DNA of 63,804 nucleotides, counting the filler, from Trichomonas gallinae (Eukaryota), in assembly GCA_008369845.1 (NCBI GenBank). It is 10 parts of 10 records of this genome, joined end to end, with 100 filler letters (N's around TTAATTAATTAA, not from the genome) between each part and the next. Parts side by side here need not be neighbours in the genome. Positions count along the whole stretch, not along the records: positions 33,324 to 35,550 come from MRSU01001457.1; positions 35,651 to 41,252 come from MRSU01001459.1; positions 41,353 to 52,366 come from MRSU01001460.1; 7 more parts are not named here. One strand, 5' to 3'. The translations under genes and the position numbers were made by a program. Each line of letters opens with the position of its first letter. Within the stretch, counting starts at the first letter, position 1. The notes beneath the pieces were generated by a model. The model saw only the letters and a list, made by a program, of their open reading frames with translations, was not told where the DNA came from and did not search any database. Positions 34,654 to 45,634 of this stretch are shown piece after piece.

Positions 34654-35291
34654 TAAACAAGGGCTCCGTAATCAGGATTCCAGGATCCTCCAGATCAATC
34701 TGACATGTAAAGTTTACGTGGCATTTCCGTTAGAACAAATCTAATGTGCGATCACATAATTGGTCATTCAAATCTCGCGAATCCAAAGACCTGGCCCGAA
34801 CAAGAGAAGCTGGCATGTTAAATACTCGCTTTACAAGACTCTAATCAAATTCAATCTAAATTAATTGAACTAATTTCGAACAGCTCCAAGTTATTTAAAG
34901 GTGACCTCGACTCTACACTTACAACCTACCTCTTTAATACCAATAAAGCTCAGATTTGTTCAAAGATAATAAAGTAGGTACAAAAAAAAAAAAAAACAGA
35001 AAACGCAAGAATTTAGAGATAATTTACTTTATGCCAAGTAAACGACTTTTATGACAAGCAGACAAAACTTTATGATCCTCCTACCCTTAATTCTGACATT
35101 ACAATCTGGTTTACAACAGATGGCGTACGTAGGGTCGTCACTCATTATCACAAGTTTTATCTAGAGCTATCGTTCATTTACAACTCGATGAGATCTATTG
35201 ACAGAACCTAACTTTACGTGTCAATAACCTTATTATTTTTGACGCCTTGATCCGGAGGTTTCCGTAATCCTGATTATGGAGCCCTTGTTTA
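34654..35291. mobile_element. Putative non-autonomous inverted-repeat element (MITE-like)
   Basis: 45-bp inverted repeats at 34654-34698 and 35247-35291 (39/45 identical), TA at both outer edges, no internal ORF. Confidence 0.6.
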
Positions 35292-35754
35292 ACTAATGTA
35301 AAGTAACAAATCCAATAATATTACAATAAATACACATCACTCTTTCTTCGATTTAAATCTTTTAATATTTTGCATCGAACAATTTTCCGTGTAAAGTGGC
35401 TCTAATAGCAGGACATGGTTATACTTTTGCAAAATCTAGATCATGCTCATATATTTTGCTTAATTTTTCGGAATATGTATCAGGTACAAATCTTGGATGA
35501 TATTCGAAGTCATTCAGTTTGACATGCGTGGTCTTTGCACTTGCAGCAAGNNNNNNNNNNNNNNNNNNNNNNNNNNNNNNNNNNNNNNNNNNNNTTAATT
35601 AATTAANNNNNNNNNNNNNNNNNNNNNNNNNNNNNNNNNNNNNNNNNNNNTGTAATTCTTTCAAAATTTGAAAGAAAAATATGACAATCTGACATTGTAA
35701 AATTTCCCTATTTGACAGCTAAAACAATATCAACTTTTAAAAAATATTTATTTT

Positions 35755-36010
35755 ACCCCTGCTTTAATTTTCAAAACCCTTTTATATATATATTTTTTTG
35801 AAATATTTATTGAAAAAGAAATAGCATAACATATAAATATTAATAGCTTTTTTTGAAAATTTTGGTACCACCCCCTGTTTTAATTTTCACGACCCTCTTA
35901 TATTTATTTCTTTGCAATTTTTGTTGAAAAAGAAATTATAAGGATAAATAATAACAATTCCAAGAAAAGTAAAATATCGCCCCTATTTAAATTTGTTAGA
36001 CCCTCTTATG
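35755..36010 (+). repeat. Degenerate ~110-bp tandem repeat (3 units) directly upstream of the ADF-H gene
   Basis: CCCCT(g/a)...TAA(t/a)TTT...ACCCT(c/t)TTAT recurs at about 35756, 35872 and 35980. Confidence 0.7.
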
Positions 36011-36027
36011 CTTTATTTTTTTATTAC

Positions 36028-36462
36028 ATGACTGCAGTACTTGATTTTGATAGTATTGGAAATGCATATTACGAACTTACTGGTGGCCAGCGTTCAATGG
36101 ATTGGATCCTTCTTGGATATATAAATGGAACACATAACGTAATCGGACTTCTCGCTAAAGGTGATGGTGGAATCATGCAGTTAAAGAGAAATCTTACAGA
36201 AGAAGTCGTAGCATTTGGATATCTGAAGATCATTGATGAAACAAAAGATAACGCACAGTTCAATCCAGATTATATTCACATGACTTTCATCGGCTCAAGG
36301 GTTAAACCACAGCAGAGAGCACGAGCTGTAATCCACAGACTTGATATTCATCAAGAATTTCCAAACTTTTTACTCGAACTCGAATGCAATTGTCTCGAAG
36401 ATGTTACTGAGGATAGGCTTTTCGAGGAATTAGCCGCCATGAAGAAACTCTTGGAAGATTAG
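36028..36462 (+). CDS. ADF-H domain actin-binding protein (coactosin/cofilin-like)
   Basis: DWILLGY......L...G.GG...L...L....VAFGYLKI......Y..MTFIG..VKP..RA....H. Confidence 0.85.
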   Translation: MTAVLDFDSIGNAYYELTGGQRSMDWILLGYINGTHNVIGLLAKGDGGIMQLKRNLTEEVVAFGYLKIIDETKDNAQFNPDYIHMTFIGSRVKPQQRARAVIHRLDIHQEFPNFLLELECNCLEDVTEDRLFEELAAMKKLLED

Positions 36463-36773
36463 AAATAACTAATATCATGAAAAAATAATTATTATTTCGA
36501 TTTAAAAAAAAGTCTTGTTTTTACGAATCAATTATTACATTTTTCATACAAGAGGCAGCTGCAAACAAATATAATATAAATATAAATACATTTTGAACTA
36601 TTTAGTTATTTTTTTATTATCGAATTTTATGATAAATCGGATATCATTAATATAAAAATATGCTACTATTAAGTGTATTGGATTGTAATTACCAATGAAA
36701 ATATGAATAAATAAAATTGATTTTAAAAATATCGATTTTGGACTGTTGCTGCACATGAAAAAAAAAAAAAAAA

Positions 36774-38309
36774 TTATGACTGTTTATTGTTAGTTATTTC
36801 TAATGATCTTTCGACGATATCATAAATTCCGTCGTTAATCTTGATAAAGAAGTCGCGTGAAGGGTTATCATATGACTTGACGTACTCGCATGCGAGGCAC
36901 ATCCTGAAAGCGTCAAGAATAATAGATCTATCACCATGCAAAGGCTCTCTTTTTCCGATTGCAGTATTTCCATATCCGCAGGCTGCTGAGAAGCCGCATA
37001 GATCCGAGAGCAAGTTCGTGACTTCGGCTGTTGAATTGGTCCAAACACAACTAGGATAGACTTTGCCTTCTTCCCAGAAATCTATCGCGCAGCGTGCTTC
37101 AAAGGCCATGTCGAAGTCAACAGGAGAGAGAAGGTTTGAGCTGCCGCGTGGTAAAATAACGAAATTGTCTGGATGGCTGTTGCAGTGAAGCTCACAGAAT
37201 TCGTGATCAACATATGTTCCCCAGAGGAATCCTTGGCGGTGAATGCAGGTTAATACGCGACCACATTCATGCCCAATTAAGCAGAAAAGATACAACAAGT
37301 TTTGAATGTTGACTTCTTCACATCTGATGTCTTTGATAGCATCAAATATTAATTCATATCCAAAAAAGTTTTTCGACTTCAGATTTTCATCTGTAACATT
37401 ATTTTGAGAAGATATATCATCTGTGACATGGTCTTGAGCTTTAACTAGAAGATGTGAATAAGGTGCAACATCATAAAACTCATTTGATTCGCCATATACC
37501 TTGATATTTTGCTTTTCATATACTTCTTGGATATTCTTAGAGATTTGTTTCACTAAATCATCGTTAATAGAAGTAATAATTTTTTCAATTCCAGACAATA
37601 AATGTGTTTCTAGTCTTTTATCACCGACAGTCTTCATAACTACTACACATTTTTCAATATTTGGAACAGGAAAGCCTTCAGCATTATCATAAATCCAAAA
37701 TCCGAGTGGTGAATTTCCAGTTGAAACACCAACACGATTAAGCATAGCTCCTATACGATCAGTAGCATATGTTTCAGTAGCAGCTGTGCGTGGAAATGCA
37801 ACACCTCGAATTTCTTGAACTTTTTTGTCTGGAAACCAACTTGAAGATGCGTCTTGAAGTGTGATTCCTGGGAATGGAACTGGATCGGATTCAATCCACA
37901 TTCCACAGCCTTTCAAACGAATTAAAGTAGAATCTGGTTCATCTGATGGAATCCAATATTTTCCATCTTCAATTGCAATGTAATTGTCTGTTTTAGTATC
38001 TGATAATTTAGATTTTACAAGTGCTGATCTTCTTCCAGAGCGAATTCCAGAAAACGTATTCTCATTAAATGGAGATTTTGTTCCTTTAATTGGTGCTAGT
38101 CCATGTATTGCTTTATTAGAGTCATATGTTGGTACAACAGCTGGCATTACTGCAAAAATAATTAAATCTTCTGCTTTACCTTGTATTGGAACTGGCTCCA
38201 AAAGAGATTTGATGTGTTTTCCTTTTTCATCTGTTGCATCTTCTGGCGCCACAACAGTATCTTTAGATATCCATTGACCTGGTGTCCAAACAAAAGAAAC
38301 TTTTTCCAT
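36774..38309 (-). CDS. Atypical kinase-fold protein, SelO-like
   Basis: SGRRS, RLKGCG, RG......TE, GF.WG.....NSHPDNF and VDFD occur in SelO-like order. Confidence 0.6.
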   Translation of the reverse strand: MEKVSFVWTPGQWISKDTVVAPEDATDEKGKHIKSLLEPVPIQGKAEDLIIFAVMPAVVPTYDSNKAIHGLAPIKGTKSPFNENTFSGIRSGRRSALVKSKLSDTKTDNYIAIEDGKYWIPSDEPDSTLIRLKGCGMWIESDPVPFPGITLQDASSSWFPDKKVQEIRGVAFPRTAATETYATDRIGAMLNRVGVSTGNSPLGFWIYDNAEGFPVPNIEKCVVVMKTVGDKRLETHLLSGIEKIITSINDDLVKQISKNIQEVYEKQNIKVYGESNEFYDVAPYSHLLVKAQDHVTDDISSQNNVTDENLKSKNFFGYELIFDAIKDIRCEEVNIQNLLYLFCLIGHECGRVLTCIHRQGFLWGTYVDHEFCELHCNSHPDNFVILPRGSSNLLSPVDFDMAFEARCAIDFWEEGKVYPSCVWTNSTAEVTNLLSDLCGFSAACGYGNTAIGKREPLHGDRSIILDAFRMCLACEYVKSYDNPSRDFFIKINDGIYDIVERSLEITNNKQS

Positions 38310-38958
38310 GAAAAAATGATTGTCAAAATTTTTGTCAATTTTTTATGTTGGCAAATTTCAAATTGCGATTTTTTTCTTTCAATTTGCCGAAATAAAAATA
38401 CGAGACATATGATTATTATTGAAAATAGTCCATAATTTGGGATTGAATCTTATTATGGCGAGACGAATTCAATTTTAAGCAATGTATTTTTAAAGTTCCC
38501 CCATCTAATAATTTGGAAATCTTTTTCTTCATTCAAATTTTGTGAACTTTTTCTTCATTCAAATTTTGTGAACTTTCATCAAAATTTAAAATCGAAAAAG
38601 ATTTCAAAAATTCTTATATATTTGGTCGAAAAAGATTTCAAAAATTTTTGAAAATTCATCTTTACATGTCATACGATAAATATAATTCGACAATAAATCA
38701 TCCGACATGTAATGTTTTCAAAAGAAATATATAGTTAACATGTTAAATATATAAAGCCTGACTTATTAGTCAACTCACTTTATATAATATTATTTTATAT
38801 GCTGTGTTCCCTGGAAACACGTTTGGATTATAGTGTTCTACATTCTCTCCTATTTACAGCAAAAAAGCGTCATTTTTCTATGTGTTACACGTCATATTTG
38901 ACATGTAATCTAAAGGCAAAATTGAAAAATTTTGACTTGTTAATTGACATTTCACTTA

Positions 38959-41252
38959 ATGAGCAATCGGGCTGCCTCAGGCTTGCTTGATGAGGTCAAT
39001 CCCACTGGAAGTACCAGAGATGAATATCAAAACAATTTAGAGAACAAGTCACAAAGAAAAAATACAACAGAAAATACAGTCATTGCTATTGATGAAAAAG
39101 AACAGAACATTAATTCGTATCCTGTACCAAAGAAAAAACAACCACAATTAAATTCTGCAGGTCACAAAGACAATATTTTATTCGATTTACGAATGAACAG
39201 TAGAAACTTACGATCCATGAGTGATGGCAATTATTTAAACATTGAATCATCCACCAATTTATCACTTCTGACCTTACTACTACAGAATAATCAATTTATA
39301 AATGCAAGTCAATTACTTGAAAACAAGAAATTAGACGTTGATGCAATTGATAACAATGGAAATCACGTTTTGCACTATAAATTCATCCTTCAAAACAAAG
39401 ACATTTTAGAATTTTTAAATTCATATAAGGTTAAGATTAATGTACAGAATAAAGATGGCCAAACTCCACTAATAATATGCTGCAAATACTTAGATCTTGC
39501 TGATTCAGCCAAGTATTTGATTGACTTAGATGCAGATATTAACATCCTCGACAATAGTGGTGCCAATGCTCTTTTTTATGCCTGCCAATTGCCAGTAGTT
39601 ACATATCAAGATTCTAAGATCGCTCTAAATTTAGTTGAGAAGTTACTCGATAAAGGCGCAGATCCAAATATTATAACAGATGATTTCAAGAACTGTCTGA
39701 GCGTCTCCTCAACAGACATGATTAGCATAGTACTAAAAAATAATGGCGCCGAGAAGATTAAACTACTTAATAACATCACTGAATATGTATTTAATGAAGT
39801 AATCGCAAAAAATTCATCAGTAATCGAGAAAAATATTCTTTTCCAAATCAGAGATAAAAACGCAATTTATAACAAAGAAACATTTGTAACAAGTTGCATA
39901 AAACACAACAACGCAGATCTGCTCAAAATCTTTTTAGATTTTGGATGTGACGTCAATCAGCCAAATCAGAATAACGATTATCCAATCCATATCGCGGTGC
40001 ATAGAAGTAATCCAATATTCGATACTGTGATGGCCTACAAGCCAAATATTAATGTTCAAGATGATGAGGGACAAACTCCGTTAATGATAGCATTTTCTTA
40101 TTTAGATGAATACAAACCGATGAAAATCATTGAAATGAATCCTGATTTAAACGTTACTGATAAATCAGGAAATTCAGCACTTGATCTCTGTCCTCCGAAT
40201 TTGATCCATTTGATTGCAAAACATGTACCTGAGTTTTCAGTAATCTCTAGTATTATAAACCGTTCAATCTATCTAAATGAAGAGGCCAAGAAAATCAGCA
40301 ACGTTAACACATTCTATTTAGGAAACACAATTTTGACAGCTTTACTCACAAAACTCGTGAACAACACAGAATTAATTGAATCGTTCGTGAAAAAATTTAA
40401 GCCAGACCCTAATTTGAATAATGAGAAAGGATTATCACCTCTCGTTTTATCTACAAAAAATTTCAAGACATTCAAGATTATCCTCAGTATGGATAATCTT
40501 GATGTGAATGGATATGTCAAGAATCAGATGACAAACATAGACTATATAATTAGCAATGACTTAATCAAAGAGGAGAAAATGCTAGAAATGCTGCTGGAAA
40601 AGCATGCAGACATCAATATACCAAGAAAAGATGGAACAACACCATTCTATAACTATATCGAAGATTATGAGAAATTCACAAAACTGCCAGCAATACTTTT
40701 TGATCGCAGATACTTTAATCCAAATGCTCCAAACTCAGATGGCCAAACATTCCTTTTCTCAACCGTCAGGCATTTGAAGGACAAAAAATTCAAGGAACTT
40801 GCAAATCGTTTTGAAATGGATTTCCAACATGTCAGCAATGACGGAAGGAATGTTTTATTCTTCGTGAGATATAAAAAAGTTCTTATCGAATGCCTCAAAA
40901 GAGGTGCAGATTTTAAGCAAGTATCAAAAGATGGAAAAACAGTTCTTGATGCCGCTGTTGAATCAAGAAAGATAGGATGCGCAACAGGATTATTGGCACT
41001 TGGCTATTTTCCTTTCTCATATTCTATATATAACCAAATGTTGACGCTGACAAAACCATTCAAAATTCTCGCAGAAAAATGGAAAAGGGGTGAAATTGGA
41101 TTTATCAATCAAACATATGCAAAATCTCAGACATCAAATGATACAAAGTTTGAGACATCAGATGATCCAAAGTCTGAGACATCAAATCATCAAGAAGGAA
41201 TAGATCCAACTCTCTTTATGAAGTCAAATGATACAAAATCTGAGACATCAAA
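38959..41252 (+). CDS. Ankyrin-repeat protein, 3' end lost in gap
   Basis: Repeated N..D..G.TPL motifs (NKDGQTPLIIC, DDEGQTPLMIA, DGKTVLDAA). ATG 38959 follows Inr TCACTT. The C-terminal 7-aa repeats (ETSNDTK-like) run into the gap. Confidence 0.9.
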
Positions 41253-41352
41253 NNNNNNNNNNNNNNNNNNNNNNNNNNNNNNNNNNNNNNNNNNNNTTAA
41301 TTAATTAANNNNNNNNNNNNNNNNNNNNNNNNNNNNNNNNNNNNNNNNNNNN

Positions 41353-41425
41353 GCCAGTGGCGGGACTCGAACCCGCAACCCCAAGATTAAGAGTCTTATG
41401 CTCTATCCGGTTGAGCTACACAGGC
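41353..41425 (-). tRNA. tRNA-Lys (anticodon CUU)
   Basis: GCCTGTG TA GCTC AACCGGATA GAGC A TAAGA CTCTTAA TCTTG GGGTT GCGGG TTCGAGT CCCGC CACTGGC folds as a cloverleaf with one U-U pair in the acceptor stem. Confidence 0.95.
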
Positions 41426-41761
41426 TTCACATCAAATTGATTTATATTTAAATATAGCATATGTGACAAATAATTAATACAGGCGTAAAATTTATTCAAA
41501 ATATTATGCAAATAATACTATTATATAGAAATAAATTATTATATCATAATTTATTAATTTTATGTTGATCAAGACGATAATTTCTCATTCAATATTATTT
41601 TTGTAAAGCATTCAATTTAATTTTATCAAAATATAATCAATTTTCATGTATTATTAATACACACTAAATGTATTTTATTTTTACTGGTTCAAAATTAAAT
41701 TATAAAAACTTTGATGAAAATTAATAAAAAACACGTATTATTTATAAGAATAATATACAAT

Positions 41762-43168
41762 TCATTCCTTTGTATCTTCCTTCTTCGTCTCTTCTGCTTC
41801 CTTTTTCTTCTTTCCTTTCACTTTCTTCTTAGCGGGAGCAATACTCCTGTCGTACTCCTCTAGCGTGATCTCGTCGCCGTCTATGGCGCGGAGGAGGATG
41901 TCATACTTCTTGTAGACTGTCTCAATCAGCTTCAGATGGTCCCTGACGTCCTTAGTCGCCGCAGTTTCTCTGTACGAGTGCATGCCGAGCGTCGGCGCCC
42001 CCATGTCTATCGTTGAGATTCCGTTGAGCATCTCCATCTTGGGGCCAATGGTGCCGCCAGTTGACGGAGAATTCGTTTTCGCGATTTTCATGACTTTTGC
42101 GCTTCCAGTCAATCCGCTCTGCTGGATGAGCAGCTGGCCCCTGAGGTTGAAGCCCGTCGAGTTCGCGTTCGGTCCTTTGAGGACAACGCCGTGGCCCATC
42201 GTTGGCGGATGATTCGTTTCGTAGATTCCGACGTAATTCGGGTGGCGGCCATGCGCTGCATCAGCACTGATGATGATACTGTTGCGTTTCAGGACGTCAT
42301 GCTTCTGTTCTATGCTTAATTCTGGATTATTTGGATTTCTCGAAGAAAGGAATCTCAAAACGCGCTCTAGCATGTCGCCGAGGGCACCATTTAACGTGTG
42401 GCTGCCATTTTCTTCGTTATCGTAAATTGCGCAAATATTTATTGTATTTTCTGGCGGCGAGCTCAAAAAACCGTTGAAACAGCAGTAAGAAGATAGAAGG
42501 TTGTCAATCCTGGCGCTAGTAACTAAATCATTGACCATTGTCGCTGGTTTTGCGTCTACTAAATATAAATCAACAGATATAATAGAGTTTTGCGGTATTT
42601 TAGCCAAATTTTCGAGATAGGATCTTACAGGTGTACTAGAATTGGTGCCAACAATGATTTTCATGTTTATATCTCTGTCAAAATTCGGTTTTAACGCAAA
42701 ATCCGGCTGAATTGTAACTTCTGGGAACGGAATAAATCCAATTGGTTTGACAGTGTTTACGAATTTGGTTTTCATTTGTTCGTTTTCTTTGTAATAAATA
42801 TTTCCTTTTAATATCAAATCTCTTCCAAACATTGTATGAGCAAGTCCTCCTGTATAATTGGAGAGATTTAAGTACTGGTAGAGTGTCGTAGATCCATCAA
42901 ATTGCTTTTTTAGTTTGATACAAGGCGAATCTGAATGAGCTGCGGCAATTACAGCAGAATTATATCCACCAATATCATATGCTATTAGTGTTCTATGCGA
43001 GCGAATAAAAAATCCTTGTTTTGGCGCAGTTTCTGGAAGATTTGATTCTGTAATTTTAGTAAAACCTTTTTGCGTTAATATTGTATCAGCATATCTCGTA
43101 AATGAGATCGGATCTGTGCAAACATTCATAAAATTGCAGAAATCTACACCAATTTTATTCACTTCCAT
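41762..43168 (-). CDS. Aspartyl aminopeptidase (peptidase M18)
   Basis: AHSDSPC, RIDNLLS, YDNEENGS, SADAAH..HPNY, GGTIGP, DMGAPTLGMHSYRE. Confidence 0.93.
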   Translation of the reverse strand: MEVNKIGVDFCNFMNVCTDPISFTRYADTILTQKGFTKITESNLPETAPKQGFFIRSHRTLIAYDIGGYNSAVIAAAHSDSPCIKLKKQFDGSTTLYQYLNLSNYTGGLAHTMFGRDLILKGNIYYKENEQMKTKFVNTVKPIGFIPFPEVTIQPDFALKPNFDRDINMKIIVGTNSSTPVRSYLENLAKIPQNSIISVDLYLVDAKPATMVNDLVTSARIDNLLSSYCCFNGFLSSPPENTINICAIYDNEENGSHTLNGALGDMLERVLRFLSSRNPNNPELSIEQKHDVLKRNSIIISADAAHGRHPNYVGIYETNHPPTMGHGVVLKGPNANSTGFNLRGQLLIQQSGLTGSAKVMKIAKTNSPSTGGTIGPKMEMLNGISTIDMGAPTLGMHSYRETAATKDVRDHLKLIETVYKKYDILLRAIDGDEITLEEYDRSIAPAKKKVKGKKKKEAEETKKEDTKE

Positions 43169-43414
43169 TTTTTAAAAAACGTGACAAAATCTGACATATT
43201 TTGACAATAAACAAAATTCTGCCAATAAATAATTATTTGTTTTTTGACATCGAAAATTTTAAATAAAAAAGCCGGTTTTGAGTAAGAGATATGTGTAGAA
43301 TCAAGTCGTTTTGTTATTCCTAGATGAGTTTATTTGGAAAAAATTTGAAAAATATATCTAGGTTTGCAAAGATGGTGAAAAAATTTATTAATGAACAAGC
43401 ATACATGAATAAAT

Positions 43415-45634
43415 TTAAACTGGTTCAACTGGTACATCGAAGTCATTAGCAAATGGATCCTCAATAGCGTGTTCGTTGAAGATTGGGTTATCATTTTCGA
43501 AGGCGGCATCATCTACACCTTCCATTTGTCCAACTTCTTCAGGGTTGAACTCGGCTGCCTTCTTTGTGGCCTCTCTGATGATGATTGCAGCTGCGATGGC
43601 AGCAGCAACAGCGACAGCAACACCTGCGCCAATGAAGATTGGCGTTGTCTTCTTGCTATTGTTTGCATCCTTTCCTTTTTGGGCATTTGTAATGACAATG
43701 AAATCATCATTTGGTTCAGCTGTTGGTGTTGGGAGAATATCTACGTATGTATTTCCGTCCTTAGTAATAACTTTGATTGTTGTAGAGTAAGAGCATGTAA
43801 TGTTACCGTTTGCTGGGTCAATTGTAGTGACACATGTGTAGGAAGTATAATTGATTGGCTTTTCTTGAGTGCTTGAGCTAGAGCTTGAGCTTGAATCAGC
43901 TGTGTTGTCTGGTCTGTTTGTGGGCGGTGGTGGTGGGATTGTTGGTGGAGGTGGGAATGGGGATGGTGAAGGTAGTGGGGTTCTTGGTGGTGTCCTCTTC
44001 CATGTGAAGTTGAAGTAAGCAAAGTTAGAGCTGGCTCCAAAACTGTCAACTACCTTGAGTATAATTGTATAATTCTTTTCTTCCAATGCTGGGATTGGAT
44101 AGTAGAATGTTTGTTCCTGCCAATTACCATTTGCGTGGATTGGGTCTTGGTTAGATTGACTAAATTCTTGAGATGATGGGGGAGCAGCAAACCAAACTTT
44201 TAAGCTGTCGCCAGAATCTATATCTTTAACAAAGTATTTAATGACGGCGATTTGATTATATTCAAATACAGGTATTTCATCCTTATGATCGATTTTGATT
44301 TCTGGAGCTTGGGAGTTTACGTATTCGAATTGATGTTCAATACGCTCTGATTGGACACCAAATTCGTCTGTAGCCCAGATGCGGAGTGTATGTTGTCCGA
44401 AATTAAGACCTTTCTCTCTGATAGAATATGACTTAAGGATAGTTTTTTCTTCTCCATTACATACAATTTTGTCTTTAATTGTGAACTCATAATCGTCATC
44501 AAATTGGTAAGAAATGTTAGCAAATGTATCATCCCAAAGTGTGCCCTGAATTTCAATGTAACTGCCCTTCAAGTATCTGCTCTGGAGCTGATTTTTATTA
44601 ATCTGCAATCTTGGGGCCTGATTAACAAGGAAATTCCTTGTATAAACATTAGATGTGAGATTTATATCATCATATTCTTTTTGCGCCCAGACTTTAACCT
44701 CGGTTGAAGATACACCTTCTGGTAGCCTAATATTAAATCCGTCTTTCTTGATGTTGTTTCTGAAGTCTGTTTTGCTATATGGATTTCTTGCTTTATATGT
44801 TGTTGTTATTCCATTTGTTGTGACATTCCAGTAAAGCATGACGGGTTTGTCAAAATCCACTTCTTTGATTGTAACTTCAATTCGAGCTGTCTCTCGGGGC
44901 AGATAATTTTGTTTGAATCTAGTTTCATCAACTGTTATAGTTGGAGGGTTTTTGAGATCCTGACCAACGCCAAGAAGAACGCCAAACGGAATTGTTTGTT
45001 CAGGATAGATAACTCTGTTCTTCCAACCTAAGGAGAATGTAGAGTCTTTCCCTTCCAAATGAGTTTTACTGTCGGCATTTTCGAAATAATGCTTATTTGA
45101 GTAATCGAATTCGCCGAACCAAAAGGTATCAACATTAGTGACACGAAAACCATCGCGGACGACTAAAGTTAAGTTGGTATTAGTTTCTTTATCAATCATG
45201 CTTAAGCCACGATTTCCATCGTACCATCCACATTCGGCATAGTCGTTTCTGTTAATCTTGACATCTGTGTAACTGGCGATTGATATTTTATGAGGATCTT
45301 CTCCAATATTTGTTGCAATGAACTCAATAAGGAGGTAGTTCTTGCCAAGTGGGGTGAAATTTGTTGATACTTTAATGCCATGATCAATAACTACACCTTG
45401 ATTCGTTCCAAGGATCTTCTGTGGAGCAAAGTCATCAACTTTAAGGATTGGGCGCCATCCGCTTCTCTGATATGCAGTGGGGAACATATTATATGAGATA
45501 TCAAAATCTCCTTCATAGCCTAGATTGCTATCATGTGGCCATGTAACCCAGCACCATTGGAAGTGATTTTCATCACCGCCGGGTAAATAATCTGGTATTT
45601 GTTGAAGCGAGAAGCTTGCAAGAAGTGCAAACAT
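43415..45634 (-). CDS. Bap-like type I surface protein (Ig-like repeats, Pro/Ser stalk, TM, NPxF/DPF tail)
   Basis: Signal-like MFALLASF, ~100-aa beta repeats starting P.I.I, Pro-rich stalk, Ala/Val TM, acidic tail with DNPIF and DPF. Confidence 0.85.
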   Translation of the reverse strand: MFALLASFSLQQIPDYLPGGDENHFQWCWVTWPHDSNLGYEGDFDISYNMFPTAYQRSGWRPILKVDDFAPQKILGTNQGVVIDHGIKVSTNFTPLGKNYLLIEFIATNIGEDPHKISIASYTDVKINRNDYAECGWYDGNRGLSMIDKETNTNLTLVVRDGFRVTNVDTFWFGEFDYSNKHYFENADSKTHLEGKDSTFSLGWKNRVIYPEQTIPFGVLLGVGQDLKNPPTITVDETRFKQNYLPRETARIEVTIKEVDFDKPVMLYWNVTTNGITTTYKARNPYSKTDFRNNIKKDGFNIRLPEGVSSTEVKVWAQKEYDDINLTSNVYTRNFLVNQAPRLQINKNQLQSRYLKGSYIEIQGTLWDDTFANISYQFDDDYEFTIKDKIVCNGEEKTILKSYSIREKGLNFGQHTLRIWATDEFGVQSERIEHQFEYVNSQAPEIKIDHKDEIPVFEYNQIAVIKYFVKDIDSGDSLKVWFAAPPSSQEFSQSNQDPIHANGNWQEQTFYYPIPALEEKNYTIILKVVDSFGASSNFAYFNFTWKRTPPRTPLPSPSPFPPPPTIPPPPPTNRPDNTADSSSSSSSSTQEKPINYTSYTCVTTIDPANGNITCSYSTTIKVITKDGNTYVDILPTPTAEPNDDFIVITNAQKGKDANNSKKTTPIFIGAGVAVAVAAAIAAAIIIREATKKAAEFNPEEVGQMEGVDDAAFENDNPIFNEHAIEDPFANDFDVPVEPV

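Noticed and set aside
35340..35550. Minus-strand frame entering from the gap (LAASAKTTHVKLNDFEYHPRF...)
   Set aside because: Too short and interrupted to assign.
38522..38647. Two small local direct duplications (about 26 bp and 21 bp)
   Set aside because: Ordinary slippage duplications in AT-rich intergenic DNA.
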